Assembly: GCA_009103225.1 (NCBI GenBank)
Contig: RHPI01002048.1
Coordinates: 1,017,906 to 1,081,905, forward strand
From: Chlorokybus atmophyticus
Lineage: Eukaryota; Plantae; Mesostigma and Chlorokybus algae
Length of the DNA: 64,000 nucleotides
Direction of reading: 5' to 3'
Shown here: piece by piece, positions 16,929 to 28,398 of the stretch
How positions within the stretch are numbered: the stretch's first letter is position 1
How the letters are laid out: each line of letters opens with the position of its first letter
Program-made: the position numbers and the translations under genes
The notes under the pieces: generated by a model
What the model was told of the DNA's origin: nothing
The model's database searches: none
Seen by the model: the letters and a program-made list of their open reading frames with translations, nothing else

Positions 16929-19900
16929 CTAGCTATAGCCAGGAGCACCTGTCCTGCGCAAGAAGGCAGTAATCTCTTGAACCAGCCACTCCAGCTCTTC
17001 TGCTGGAAGGCCGCGCCCGAAAATATGCATGCTCGTGGTAGTCTTGATCATGCACGCCACCTTGAACACAGCTTGCTGCTCCTGCTTGAACACACACCAT
17101 GAGAAACGCTTGGTGCAACACCCAACTTGACATGCACAGCAATGCACCTTTGTGGGTGGGACACCCATGGCGCACTATCATGTACAAATATGCACTAACC
17201 CCCTTTGCTACAAGCAATACACATTGATGTGTTCACACCATCACCTACCTCCTTATCCAAATCCTCATTGGTACAGATGCGCACAGATTGTATTCTGTGG
17301 GTTAAGTCCGCATTGGTCAACTCCTTTCCAAGCAGCTTCCAACGCAGCTGCGACCCACTTGAAAGTCACGCTATGCTGCTTTGGGGCATTCAAGCATCAC
17401 AATGGAACATGGGGTTATTGTGCTTACTTGAAACCTCTCTCTATTCATCTCCAAAACCGTCGTCGTTCGCAATGCAGCGAACACTTCGTTAACCAGTCTG
17501 CCAAGAAAGGGCATTGGCACACACACAAATGCACCATAGCTTTCAGGCAAGCGCATGGAACTGTGCTTACTTGGCACCCACAAGCCAGAAGGGCAGCGCA
17601 AAGAGTGCTATTGGCAATGACGAAAGTGCTGTTGTGCTTGGTAACCCTCTGATAATGGCACCGCGCATGGCAGTGCGTGTCCACATGAAGGTGAACGTAT
17701 TCCAAGCCTGCAGAAGTTACCAAGCATGGACACTCATAAGCAAGCAAAAGATGTTACGTACCCAACCATGCACACATGGGTGGCGTTGCTGTTGTCGTTG
17801 AGTGTCAACGCAGCACTTACGCAGCTCCGATGACAGCCTGCTCACCGCTGCGAATGCGCCTTGGTACAATGTGTCAGCCGTCACTCCAAGTGGAGGTATT
17901 TCGATGGTCAGCATGTCACCCGTAACCCGCAACACCTGTGCAGAACATTGATTAGCCTGTGATCTTCCTGTGCTGAAACTCATGTGCAAGCAAAAGCTTT
18001 CATACCACTTTGCTGCCAGCAGGCTGTTGAAGGGGTCTGAAGCGCAGCATGGTATTACTTGCCACATTAGTCGCGTCTAATCTGAATTCATCCCCAGCAG
18101 ACATTGCCAGCAACAGTTCCAGCGCATGCCTTGCACTCTGCAACATGAACAAGACAGTGACCACCAGCGCTGAGCAGGGCGCGCATCGTCAGCAAAACTT
18201 GATGTTCTTTAGCAGAGGTACGCAATAGTGAAGTCTGTAAACTTACTGCCCAATGCGGCCATAACCACCGCATGAGTGCATTACCATACTTCAAGTAGTA
18301 ACTTACTTTGAAGCGATCCTCTGGCACAGGTTCAAGCAGCTTCTCCAGAAACACTTGCATAGGTGGGCTTTGAGCTACCTTTGACAAGTCTAGCCGCAGC
18401 CGCTTCTGCTCAACTACAGTGAGATGTTGCGCAAACACGATTCGCATAACAACCTGGTTGCTGCATACCTGAGGGAACTCTGCAGGTGATGCTCCACCGC
18501 TAATCAAAAACAAAAGCGTGGCTCCGAGTGCATACAGATCGGCTTGAGGCGATGACGGCCCTCTATAAACTTCAGGAGCGACATATCCCCACTGCCATAG
18601 CGTTGCACGCGGTGGTGAAAATGCTGGCACAGTCATCTGACGGATCATGTTCAGTGCTATGTTAATTTATACCGTCCCCACGGTCGTTGCTCCAAAGTTC
18701 ACTGAAGTAGCAATGGCGTCTTGCACAGACCCGAAGTCAACTAGATAGACACCGCCCGATAATGGCAGAGCTGAAGTTAGAGACTTCAACGGGCCGCGTT
18801 GAAGCTTGTCAAGATCCACAATAACGTTCTCAGGCTGTGGGCAGCGCAAGAACAGCCAAGTTAAGCCACATTGCTCTCTGAAATGCTGTGTGTGTGCACT
18901 CGTGCGTGTATCCGGGTGCACGCTTGACACGTTTGTACACATGTGCGTGCGTGCCTGGGTGGATGTGTAAGCACGTACGCATATATCTGTGCGCATATGT
19001 GTGTGGTGTGCATGCGAGTGTGCGTATATACATGTTTGTCATTGTGCGCTCAAGCTGCATACCTTAACGTCACGGTGTACAACTGGCGGCCGCAGGCTGG
19101 AAAGATACTCCAGAACTTGCAATAGCTGCACGCACACACCAGTTACGCCCGGCCTCTATAGTCTGAGAAATATATCTGAGTAGAATCGTACCTGAAAGGC
19201 AATCCATAGAACCTGCGCTTCAGTAGGTCGCCAACCATCTGCAACAAGCGCTGCAAGGCTTTTTCCAGGAGCCACACGCTGTACAATGTAAAATTTGTGG
19301 TCGTCCTCCATGTCAACCTGAACGAAACAGTGAGCACAATGCAGACGAGTGTGGCAGCAGAGCCAAGATCAATGGACTACTGCTCTGTCGATCCTAACAT
19401 ACCTCAAAGCTGTCAAGGTACTCTGGAATGCTAGGGTGCTCAAGCGACTTCATTACTCTAGCCTCTCTATGAAACATGTCCAAAACCTGCGAAGAGTGCA
19501 CTGCTTGCGAAGTTGCAGACTCGCCACCTTTGCAAATGCTCAGACACGATAGAGCACATTGAACTGCAAATGACTACTCTGCTGCTGTTAGTGGCAATGC
19601 TTGGTTATGAAGCTTGGATCCAGGTGTTGGCCCGCACGCACACGCGCACAACCACCCACCCACCCACCTTCCAGTCCTTCATCGTGCGCAAGGACAGCTC
19701 CTTCAATGCCACAGGTTCTCCCGCCGAGTTGAGCGCTTCGTAAGTGGTGCTGAAACCGCCTGTGCCTAGCATCCTGAGAATCTTGTATGCACCTTTCCCA
19801 TCGCCAGGTGTCACCCAATCGCCTTCTCTGAGGTGAGCGGGTGTCGGGTAAGATCGGGACGCAGGCGTGCGCGCTGCGTCATCTCTGTTCAGCGCCGAGA

Positions 19901-20388
19901 AGGAGGAGCCATGGGATCTTGTTGGTGTTGAAGGTGATCTGTCCGCGTCGAATGCGTCTTCATCAACACTGCATCAACAGCATGAAACAGTTGTCATCAG
20001 CGCTCATGCTTTTGGTGATTCTTGGCAGCTTGTCTACAAACGGCTTACATTTTGCAGTCAGTCAGCCGCAGGCGCCTCCTATGGGGTTTGCTACTCGCAG
20101 CATGCGAGAACACCTGCAAAACATGCATGAGTCCACAGCTCCTTTAACTCTACGACACTGTTGATGGCAACACTAAGGGTATTTCCATCGTAATATCACT
20201 ATCTATCAGTGCCTCATGGTAAGTACGCCACATTGCAAGTGATGGCTAGCACTTGCTGTTGGGTTCGTTCTTTTTAGGGTGGGCAAACTGACCTTCAATG
20301 CAGTCCTCCTCGGAGCTCCACTTGGATACGGCGAATTGCTTCTAACACTAAGCAGCAGGCAAGTTGTGTGCTCGAGAATTGCCACCAT
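16929..20388 (-). CDS. Cyanobacterial (Spk/Pkn2-type) Ser/Thr kinase with transit-peptide-like N-terminus and C-terminal membrane domain, multi-exon
   Basis: Exons LGTGGFSTTYEA..VALKELSLRTMKDWK|VLDMFHREARVMKSLEHPSIPEYLDSFE|..FYIVQRVAPGKSLAALVADGWRPTEAQ|..LRPPVVHRDVK|PENVI..YLVDFGSVQ..TVGT|..GYVAPE..QADLYALGATLLFL. C-terminal hydrophobic segment ALFALPFWLVG and IFGRGLPAEELEWLVQEITAFL. The N-terminal exons are S/R/T/A-rich; the start codon at 20388 is a best guess. Confidence 0.85.
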
Positions 20389-20550
20389 CACTTGTGCATG
20401 TCACACAGCAACCTGCAACCATAGCATGAGCGCGCGCGCGCAAGTACTACTACTCCTACTTGGCCACTCCAACAGCTAGCTCAATGCTGTGCATGACAGC
20501 CTTACAGCTGCATTTGCATGCTCACTTGCGCTTGACTGTTTGCTGGCTTG

Positions 20551-20955
20551 CTAGCTTTTGCCCTCAGAGTCGGGCTCCTGCTTCTGCGGCACAGCGCCTG
20601 CCTGCAAAAACCTGATGGTGCCCGTGACCTGCGTGAGCCCCTCCGCCAGCTGGCAGACGGCGGCGTTGTCGCGCAGGAGGCGGCTGTGAGCACTAGCCAG
20701 CGCCTTCGTCGCCGCCTCCAGCTTGCGCAGTGAAAAAAGGTAGCACAATGCAGCTAAGGACACAGCCAATCAAGCGATTACAAGCATGCATGCACAGAGG
20801 ACAACAATGACGACGACGATGACGGCGGCAGCGACAAGCAGGATATTGTCCGCCGCAAGTTGCGCGTATGGAGCTAGCAACGCTGCCGCGCTGAACGGCG
20901 CAGGCTCCGCCAGTGACGACGTTGACGCCGCCAGCGACGAAGACGACGCTGCCAT
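20551..20955 (-). CDS. Small (~120 aa) single-pass membrane protein with a coiled-coil-like tail, two exons
   Basis: MAASSSSLAAST..LLVAAAVIVVVIVVL joins across a short GT-AG intron (gtgcat...ccttag, phase 1) to SALCYLFSLRKLEAATKALASAHSRLLRDNAAVCQLAEGLTQV..EGKS*. GC-rich codon-like sequence; no family recognised. Confidence 0.5.
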
Positions 20956-21619
20956 AAGCCTTGAGCATGCTGTCGGGCTTACGGTGTTCTAGGCATCTGC
21001 TACTTGGCGCTTGGACGACAGCGGCGGCAGGCTAAAAGCACGCAGGGCATATGGTGGAAGGCAAACCCTTAGCCCTCAGGTGAGCATACTAGCTACTACT
21101 GCTGTGCAGTGTGGGTGCTATGCTGGCACCTTGCTTGCATTTCTACCTCTAAGCCAGTGCGCGGAGAACTTGGCAGTGCTTTTACTTGTCCTAGCCAGCA
21201 TACTGACGGTTGCCTATCAAGGTATTTCAAATAATCAAGCAGCCACTTCTTTGCTGTGCAAGTTGCTCGCAAGGCAGTCTCACTTAACTTGCAACAGCCA
21301 CTGCTCTGCACAAACGCCACAACTCGCAATGGCATTGGCCACACCTTGCTCCAAGCACATTTGTGTTCGCCCAACCAATACTGCTTTCCTCATTGTAATA
21401 CTATGCTTAGATCAGGAACCAGGCTGCGACCAGCGTAGGTTCAACGTCACAAACGTGCTCTCTTGGTTGACAGCAACAACCCACTTGTTAAAGCTGTCTG
21501 CGCCTGCATTTACTTTTGTGCGCATGAGGCCAAATGGGTGGTGATTTGGTGCACTTCGGCCGCGCCTGTGTTCACTAACACTATTGGGCATTCCATATTT
21601 TGAGCCGCATGCAGTGTAT

Positions 21620-22575
21620 GTAATCGGTTCAACAGCGATGTGTTGCATGCTGATGTGACTAGTAGCGCTAGTTGCTGCGAATGCACACACCCTCGATTAC
21701 AGACAACCACCATGCTGGCACACAAGTAACCATGCTAGGCGTGGAAATGCTTGATCATCTGCAGAGCTTGAAGCCAACATGACGCCAGGTGCAGGGATGC
21801 GAGCTGCAGCGCCACTTGATTTACGTACGAATACACTTGTTGAAACTCATCACAGACAAGGACCAACCTGCCATTGGCCAAAGTGGCGAACATAGAGATC
21901 TCTTGTAGTAACAGCGCTGTACCCGATTGATACTTCAAGGTGAATNNNNNNNNNNNNNNNNNNNNNNNNNNNNNNNNNNNNNNNNNNNNNNNNNNNNNNN
22001 NNNNNNNNNNNNNNNNNNNNNNNNNNNNNNNNNNNNNNNNNNNNNNNNNNNNNNNNNNNNNNNNNNNNNNNNNNNNNNNNNNNNNNNNNNNNNNNNNNNN
22101 NNNNNNNNNNNNNNNNNNNNNNNNNNNNNNNNNNNNNNNNNNNNNNNNNNNNNNNNNNNNNNNNNNNNNNNNNNNNNNNNNNNNNNNNNNNNNNNNNNNN
22201 NNNNNNNNNNNNNNNNNNNNNNNNNNNCTCCCCCCCGCCCCCCCTGCGCTCTGTTCGCCGTCCTTGCCTGTGATACCGATGATAATCAGTCCCAACAAGC
22301 GTACCCGTACATCAAGTGGCACCGCAGCACGCATACGTGCACCTCGCTTCATGTTGGCTTCAAGGTCGATGCCATGTTGACCCAACTGTGTCACCACCTT
22401 GTTGGTCATTGATGGCCTAAAGCAGCGTGCAGATAATCAAGCATCACAACGCCTAGTATGGTCACTTCTGTGCCAGTATGGTGATCGTGTGTAATTGAGT
22501 GTGTGTGCAACCGCAACAACATACGCTACTATTGGTCACATGACCATGCATGCAACGCATCGCTATGCAGATTGC
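21620..22575. repeat. Long imperfect inverted repeat (arms ~21620-21897 and ~22248-22575) flanking an assembly gap
   Basis: Example: agtagcgctagttgctgcgaatgcacacaccctcgattacagacaaccaccatgctggcacacaagtaaccatgctaggcgt (21661+) matches the reverse complement of ~22445-22530. cttgaagccaacatga..ccacttgat (21767+) matches the reverse complement of ~22310-22364. Confidence 0.85.
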
Positions 22576-23415
22576 GTTCAGCCGTGCAGAAGTGTTTGTC
22601 TTGCTTGATGCAAGTTACCAGGAGTCACCAGCTGGTGAAAGAGAGGCGGAGACGGACAGCAGCTACGTTAGTGAGCCAAGCAATAGTGATGCCAGTAGTA
22701 GTCACGACGAGGAGATTATCAGCCCACGCAAAGCCCTAGACACTATGCTTGGTGGCGACAGTGATGACGAGCCTACCAGCCAGGCCGCCTCGAACTGCGC
22801 ATGAGATGGTGATAAGCTGAATGAGTCTTGACAGTGCATGCAAAGTATGCAATAAATGGCACACACTTGTAGCATTTGCAATTGTCCAATCTACTGTGCG
22901 CGACCGGGATTTGCCGCTTGGTGCCCCAATGGACGGTGAGATTACTCCTCCAAACAAGCTGCTGCCAATTGGCTTTGTCTCCGCGGTTAGTGTGATATTG
23001 CCTGGTGGCTTGGACTGTTTGGCGGAACACGCGCTGACTGTGTGTAACGCTTAGGGCACTTGTGTGTGTTACTCACAGGTTGTTGGCACATCTGTAATGA
23101 TTGAGGGAAGTGGTCGATGCAGAGCGCTGGACGAGGGGACAGTCTCCTGTTTAAGCGATACCCCCGCACTCTACTTGGTCGGGTGGGAGTCCTGATGCTG
23201 GGGTTGGCGTGATGTGCAACAGCAAGTCAGTGACCGTAGCATGCAGCTGTCTCCCGCACAGTGTGATGTTTGAACCGCTGCTTAGGAAGGTGGAAGAGAA
23301 ATTTTTCTGGCCCTGTTGTCGAGCCCTTGTATATTGTACGCTTCAACAGCACGACTGAGGTACAGTCTGCTTTGCAGATTGCCGCTTATGAGCCACTGAT
23401 GAACAAACACGCTCA
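22570..23415 (+). pseudogene. Decayed partial duplicate of NAF1 (copy of ~14395-15245)
   Basis: Near-identical peptide ESPAGEREAETDSSYVSE..SPRKALDTMLGGDSDDEP (22550 ORF vs 14371 ORF). The downstream exons carry frameshifts; the 5' and 3' exons are missing. Confidence 0.9.
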
Positions 23416-23479
23416 TGCTGGTACACTTGCGCTGCCTTCTAGACGCGATGGTTGGTGTTGCTATGCAGGTGCGTGCAAG

Positions 23480-24710
23480 TTTGGATGTCTGGTGATGTTG
23501 CCACTGGCAGAGGTTGTCTGTGTCAAATTAGCACTGGCAGTTGGTCAGCTGTTGTCCCAGTGGACAGCAGATGTACGTATGCATAACTGTGTGACTACAT
23601 AGCCTAGTGTGAGGTTCAACCTTGTACCTACCACGCCACTGGCACATGTACAGCTGTAACCTGTGGTATGCCATACATGCCACTACTGTACAATTGCGTG
23701 ATACATTACATGTGAGAGAGGCGACAGTTGTGCATTACAAACGGTCTCACTGGGGAGCAACCAGTAACTTAAGCACTCAGTAGGCATGATGTGTGTGTGG
23801 CACATTGTAGCATGTTGTGGTACTTCTCATGTGATGTAGTTGTCCAGAGCGGCTAGCCTCGACCAGACACAACTTGGCGGTTGTGTCAGGTTGAACGACG
23901 AGGATGAGAGCAGGGCACACTATCTTGAAACACCACCAAGAGAGGTGCGCGCAATTTCATATTTCAATTTACTAGAAAAAAAAAAAAAAAAAAAAAANTC
24001 TAAACCCCTCAACTATACAGAAAGGGAAACCATTAATAGATTTTATGCTGCGCACTTAACAAAGTAAATCTTCTGGAAAATAGCATGTTGAGATTTACCA
24101 AAAAAAAAAAAAAAAAAAAAAAAAAGATAATACTACTAGCTATTGCCCGGAGCACCCTATCCTGCGAAAGAAGGCATTTATCTCTTCAACCAGCCACTTC
24201 AGCTCTTTTGCTGGAAGGCCGTGCCCAAATATATGCAAGCGCGTGGTAGTCTCGAACATGCACACCGCTTTAAACTCAAGTTGCTCATCCTGCTTGTGCA
24301 AACACCCGATTTTACGTGCATATTCTACGTGCACAGCATGCACCTTTTGGGGGGATGTGCAATTGCACACACTATCACGTACAAGAATGCATTCATTCCC
24401 TTTTGCTACAAGCGATTCCCATTGAAGTGTTCACATGACCCACCTCCTTATTCAGATCTTTATGGGATCTTAATTGCATTAACGGTGATCTAACCGCTTC
24501 AAATGCGTCTTCAACACTGCATGCAGCAACAGCATGAGAGAGATTTATCATTGGCGCCCATGCATTCTGCTCATTCTTGGCTGGTTGTCTACGCAAGGTT
24601 TACATTTGGCACAGAATCGATTGCAAATAACGCCTTTGATGGGATTTGCGACCCACAGCATGCGACAACACCTGCAAACATGCGTTAGCCAACAGCTCCT
24701 TCAATTCGAC
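23480..24710 (-). pseudogene. Decayed fragments of the cyanobacterial-type kinase locus (copy of ~16460-17275 joined to ~19930-20155)
   Basis: LHIFGHGLPAKELKWLVEEINAFFRR parallels MHIFGRGLPAEELEWLVQEITAFLRR. From 24484, ggtgatct..aatgcgtcttca..cagcatgcga..acctgcaaac matches 19933-20130. Confidence 0.85.
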
Positions 24711-25573
24711 TATAAGGAGGGGTGCTGCTGCCCCCTCTAATCCTTTACCACAACATCGCCTTCAGCAACGTCGCCGACACCGCCGCCGCTAGGGGCCATC
24801 GCCGGAGCAGAAGATCCCCTGTCTATGGCGGCCGCTGCATTAGCAGAGCCGCCATATAGTTAACATCGATACGAGACTCGTGTCTCTTTCAATATCAGTG
24901 TACAAATAAGTAACACTGCATTAGAGCCTTAACATTAGGTTAACGGCTCTAGTACGGCTTAATTGGCTGTATACCCTTTGAGACCCATATTTGATCTTAG
25001 ATAAGGACGGGGAATGTCACGAGTTGAGATGTATTGCGACAGACCTCGCTCATGGTAGCATCTTTTGCTACCGTAGCCTAATAGTCGGCGCCCGATTGTT
25101 ACAATGGTAGCGGAGCTTGATGTTGCAGGTACAATTCCCGTAGAGAAATGAGGCAGATGTCAAAAACATTTGGGGCGGCTTGCCTTAAGCTGGGCGCAGG
25201 TTTGCAACCTGCGCGCCGAGCCAGTTTGACCCATGGCCGCCTGAGCGGTCGCGCCGCGTTGGCAAGTCGCGCGGTGACGATGGCCGCTGCAGTTTGGTTG
25301 GTTATGACCATTCGTAGGCCGGTTTCCAAAAACCGCGGGCGGACCAATCGTGGTACGGCCGTGACCACGGCGACATGGGCTAGTAAATGCTTCGCTGCAT
25401 AATCAAAACTCGTGTGTTTAATTAGGGAGGAATGTCACAATTTGGGATAAATTGTGACACAACCAACTCATGGTAGCGGATTTGGCTATCGTAGCCATTT
25501 GGTCGAAGCCTTCGACCACTGAACTGAGCCCGACTGCTACAGGGAACCTCCATAGAGGTAGAACTCCGTTACA
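24711..25573 (-). repeat. 3' LTR of the chromovirus (~330 bp, interrupted by the TRIM at 25015-25546)
   Basis: 24711-25014 plus 25547-25573 aligns with 31055-31409; it starts TGTAAC on the minus strand next to the PPT. Confidence 0.85.
25015..25541 (+). mobile_element. TRIM-like miniature LTR retroelement nested in the chromovirus 3' LTR
   Basis: TSD GGGAA at 25010-25014 and 25542-25546; LTR1 TGTCAC..GTTACA 25015-25103; PBS-like TGGTAGCGGAGC 25105-25116; PPT AGGGAGGAA 25424-25432; LTR2 TGTCAC..GCTACA 25433-25541; no recognisable coding capacity. Confidence 0.85.
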
Positions 25574-28106
25574 TTCCCCCCACTTACAATTGTTTCAATG
25601 TCCTCATTAAGGGTTAGCAAAGCCCCACCATGAGCACTAAAAACCAAAGCAGTGAGTTAACAAGCGTCGAAGCGGTAAAGATGTTTGCCAGCACCCTTTT
25701 ACCATCCGCGTGTAGACACAGCACTCCAGTACCCCCGAACAATCTCTTCGCGGTTGGTAAGATTCCTTTCAGGCTCTCATGTGTTGTGCTCAACACCATA
25801 CCCTTCTATTTCACCACGTAAGATGGCGCGCGTCCGCGTTGAGGCTTACGGTAACTCACGATTGCTTTCACCATAAACTCAAATGTATCATTGCCATCCA
25901 CTGTAACGGGGGGTGGGGGAGGTTGAACCCGACTGTTATAACGGTACGGTTTCAATACACTTGAAACACATTGTGGATACGTATCGACTTCGGTAAGTCC
26001 AAACAATACGCGTGAGTGCCGACCCAATCAGTTACTTTGAAAGGGCCTATCCAATGAGGGAAAAACTTGCGAGTACCCTCTCCCTTGATAGATATGTTTT
26101 TAGTACTTAGAAGCAACCGAACAGCCCACATCGTAGTTGGCCTCTCTACGATGCGCATCAGCTTGGGCTTTTTGTCTATCTTGCGCTGCGCGCAGACAGT
26201 CTTTTGGCAACGCTAACCCATCCTGCATGGCCGAAGCCACCTCGCACGCTGCAGGTGCGCGAGTTACGTCAGTGCGGGCAACCAAGTTCTGATATTCGCA
26301 AAACATGGTGGATGCACTCCATAATTCAATAGAAACGGAGTTTTCTGCACACACTGTTGCCATGCATTATTGTTACAAACTCAGCCATTGGGAGATAGAC
26401 ATCCCAGTCACTCTGGTTTAGACCCACATAATGCCGGATGGTTTCCTTGATCATTTAATTGGCGCGTTCCATCTAAGCATCCGTCTGCGGATGATAAGCT
26501 ATGCTCATGTTCTGTAGAAAGCTGCATAGCGACTTTAAAGTTGAGACACAAATCGCGGATTGCAAGCAAACATACGCTGCGGGGCAAGCCATGCAACTTA
26601 AACACAGACGCGACAAAAACCATTGCTAACTCACGAGAGCCTATCTTTGTGCGATAAGGGGCAATGTGAACCATTTTGGTTAAACGGTCCACAAAGACTG
26701 CAACCACAGTGTGACTTAATCATGTTGCTGAGAGCTCAGTAATCAGGTTTACAGTCACACTTTCCCATTTGCCATCAGAAATAGGTAATGGTCGCAGCAA
26801 CCCAGCGAATTTCTTACATAGCGGCTTGTCACGCTGATAATATTGTCACACGTGTCCACATAATGCTTTACGTCAACATGCAACAATGGCCACCAGTACA
26901 ACTGTTGCGCTGCCTTAACAACTCTTGCGATTGCCAAAGTGCCCAACGTACAGTGGATTGTGTACATTAGCTATGCATTTCGCACGCAACTCGGCATGGT
27001 TAGGTATCACCAAGCTTGTGCTCATGTAATAAAAATTGTCTCGTTTGTCAAGCTTTTGCATGTTTTCTTCTGAAGAGAACCATTGTATCTGCACCACACC
27101 CAAGGGCGGACGCATCGCTAACCACAGTGAAGCGCTTGTCCCAATTCGGCAATGCTAACACTTGAGCCGAAGTCAATGCTGGCTTCACTTGTTGCATAGC
27201 AGCTTCTTATTCGGCTATCCACAAGAATGGAGCGTCTTTTCGCAAAATTTGTATCAAGGGCGCTACAATTGTAGAATACCCCATCATAAACTTGTGAAAG
27301 TAGTTTGCCAATCTCAAGAAGGATTGCAGGTGATGTATATGCTTCAGTTGAGGCCAATCTTTTGCAACTTGCACCTTGTGAGGGTCAGGTTTAACACCCG
27401 CACCAATGACAATGTGCCCCAAGAATGGCAACTCCGTTTTGCAAGAGTCACACTTTGCAAGATTGGCAAACAGGCGATGTGTACGCAGTAAGGCAAACAC
27501 CGCTCCAAGTGCTGCTTATGCTCTTTCTTAGCTTCACTGAAGACAACAACATTGAATGTCATCAAAGTGAACCATAACCTACTTGCCAAGTTTGCCACCA
27601 AAAATTTTATTCATTTTCTTCTGAAATACTGCGGGCGCATTGGTTTGTCCAAAAGGTAACACCTTGGACTGATAATGGCCTGAAGGTGTTCTGAATGCTG
27701 TCTTGTAAACATCTAAAGGATGTATCTGGATTGGATGATACCCACTTGGCAAGTCTAGCGTACTGAAGTACGCATTCCCCGACAGTTTAAACATATCATC
27801 AATCCGTGGTAACGGGTATTGATTCTTTACCATAATTTTTTTCAAGACACGGTAATCTAGATACATGCGCAGCTTTCCATTCTTGTTAATCATGAACAAG
27901 ATGGGCGCGCCAAAGGGTGAAGAATTCGGTTCAATCAATCCCTTTTCCAATGATTCCTTGATTTGAGTTTCCATTTCCCCCCTCTCGCGGGGGCTTAGCC
28001 TATACATGGGACAAAACGGAGGCTCACTATCAGGAATGAGAAGTATCAAGTGTTGCACCAGTGTCAATCAAGAACGAACTGTTTACACCCTGCATTGTGC
28101 CACTAA

Positions 28107-28398
28107 ATGTCCACAATAGCGGTACCACCCGTCCTTGACTGCAGCCAAGAGTCCGTGACCAATGCGAGGGTTGACCAATATTGCTGACAATCGCACTGTC
28201 CCTGTTTCACGCTTGCTAAATTGCTTCAGCACAATCCCCCCCCCCCCCNTTGTGCCACCCAATATCCACAACAGGGGTACCACCCGTTCCTAGACTGTAG
28301 CTAAGAGTCCGTGACTGACGCGAGGGTTTATTAATGTCGCTGATAAGTGTATTGTCCCTGCTTCTCGCTTGCTTGATTGCTTCAGCACAGTACCCCCC
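28107..28398. repeat. Diverged tandem duplication (~140-150 bp x2) in the gag-protease linker of the chromovirus
   Basis: aatgtccacaatagcggtaccacccg..ttgcttcagcaca (28107-28230) is repeated as aatatccacaacaggggtaccacccg..ttgcttcagcaca (28261-28390). Confidence 0.75.
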
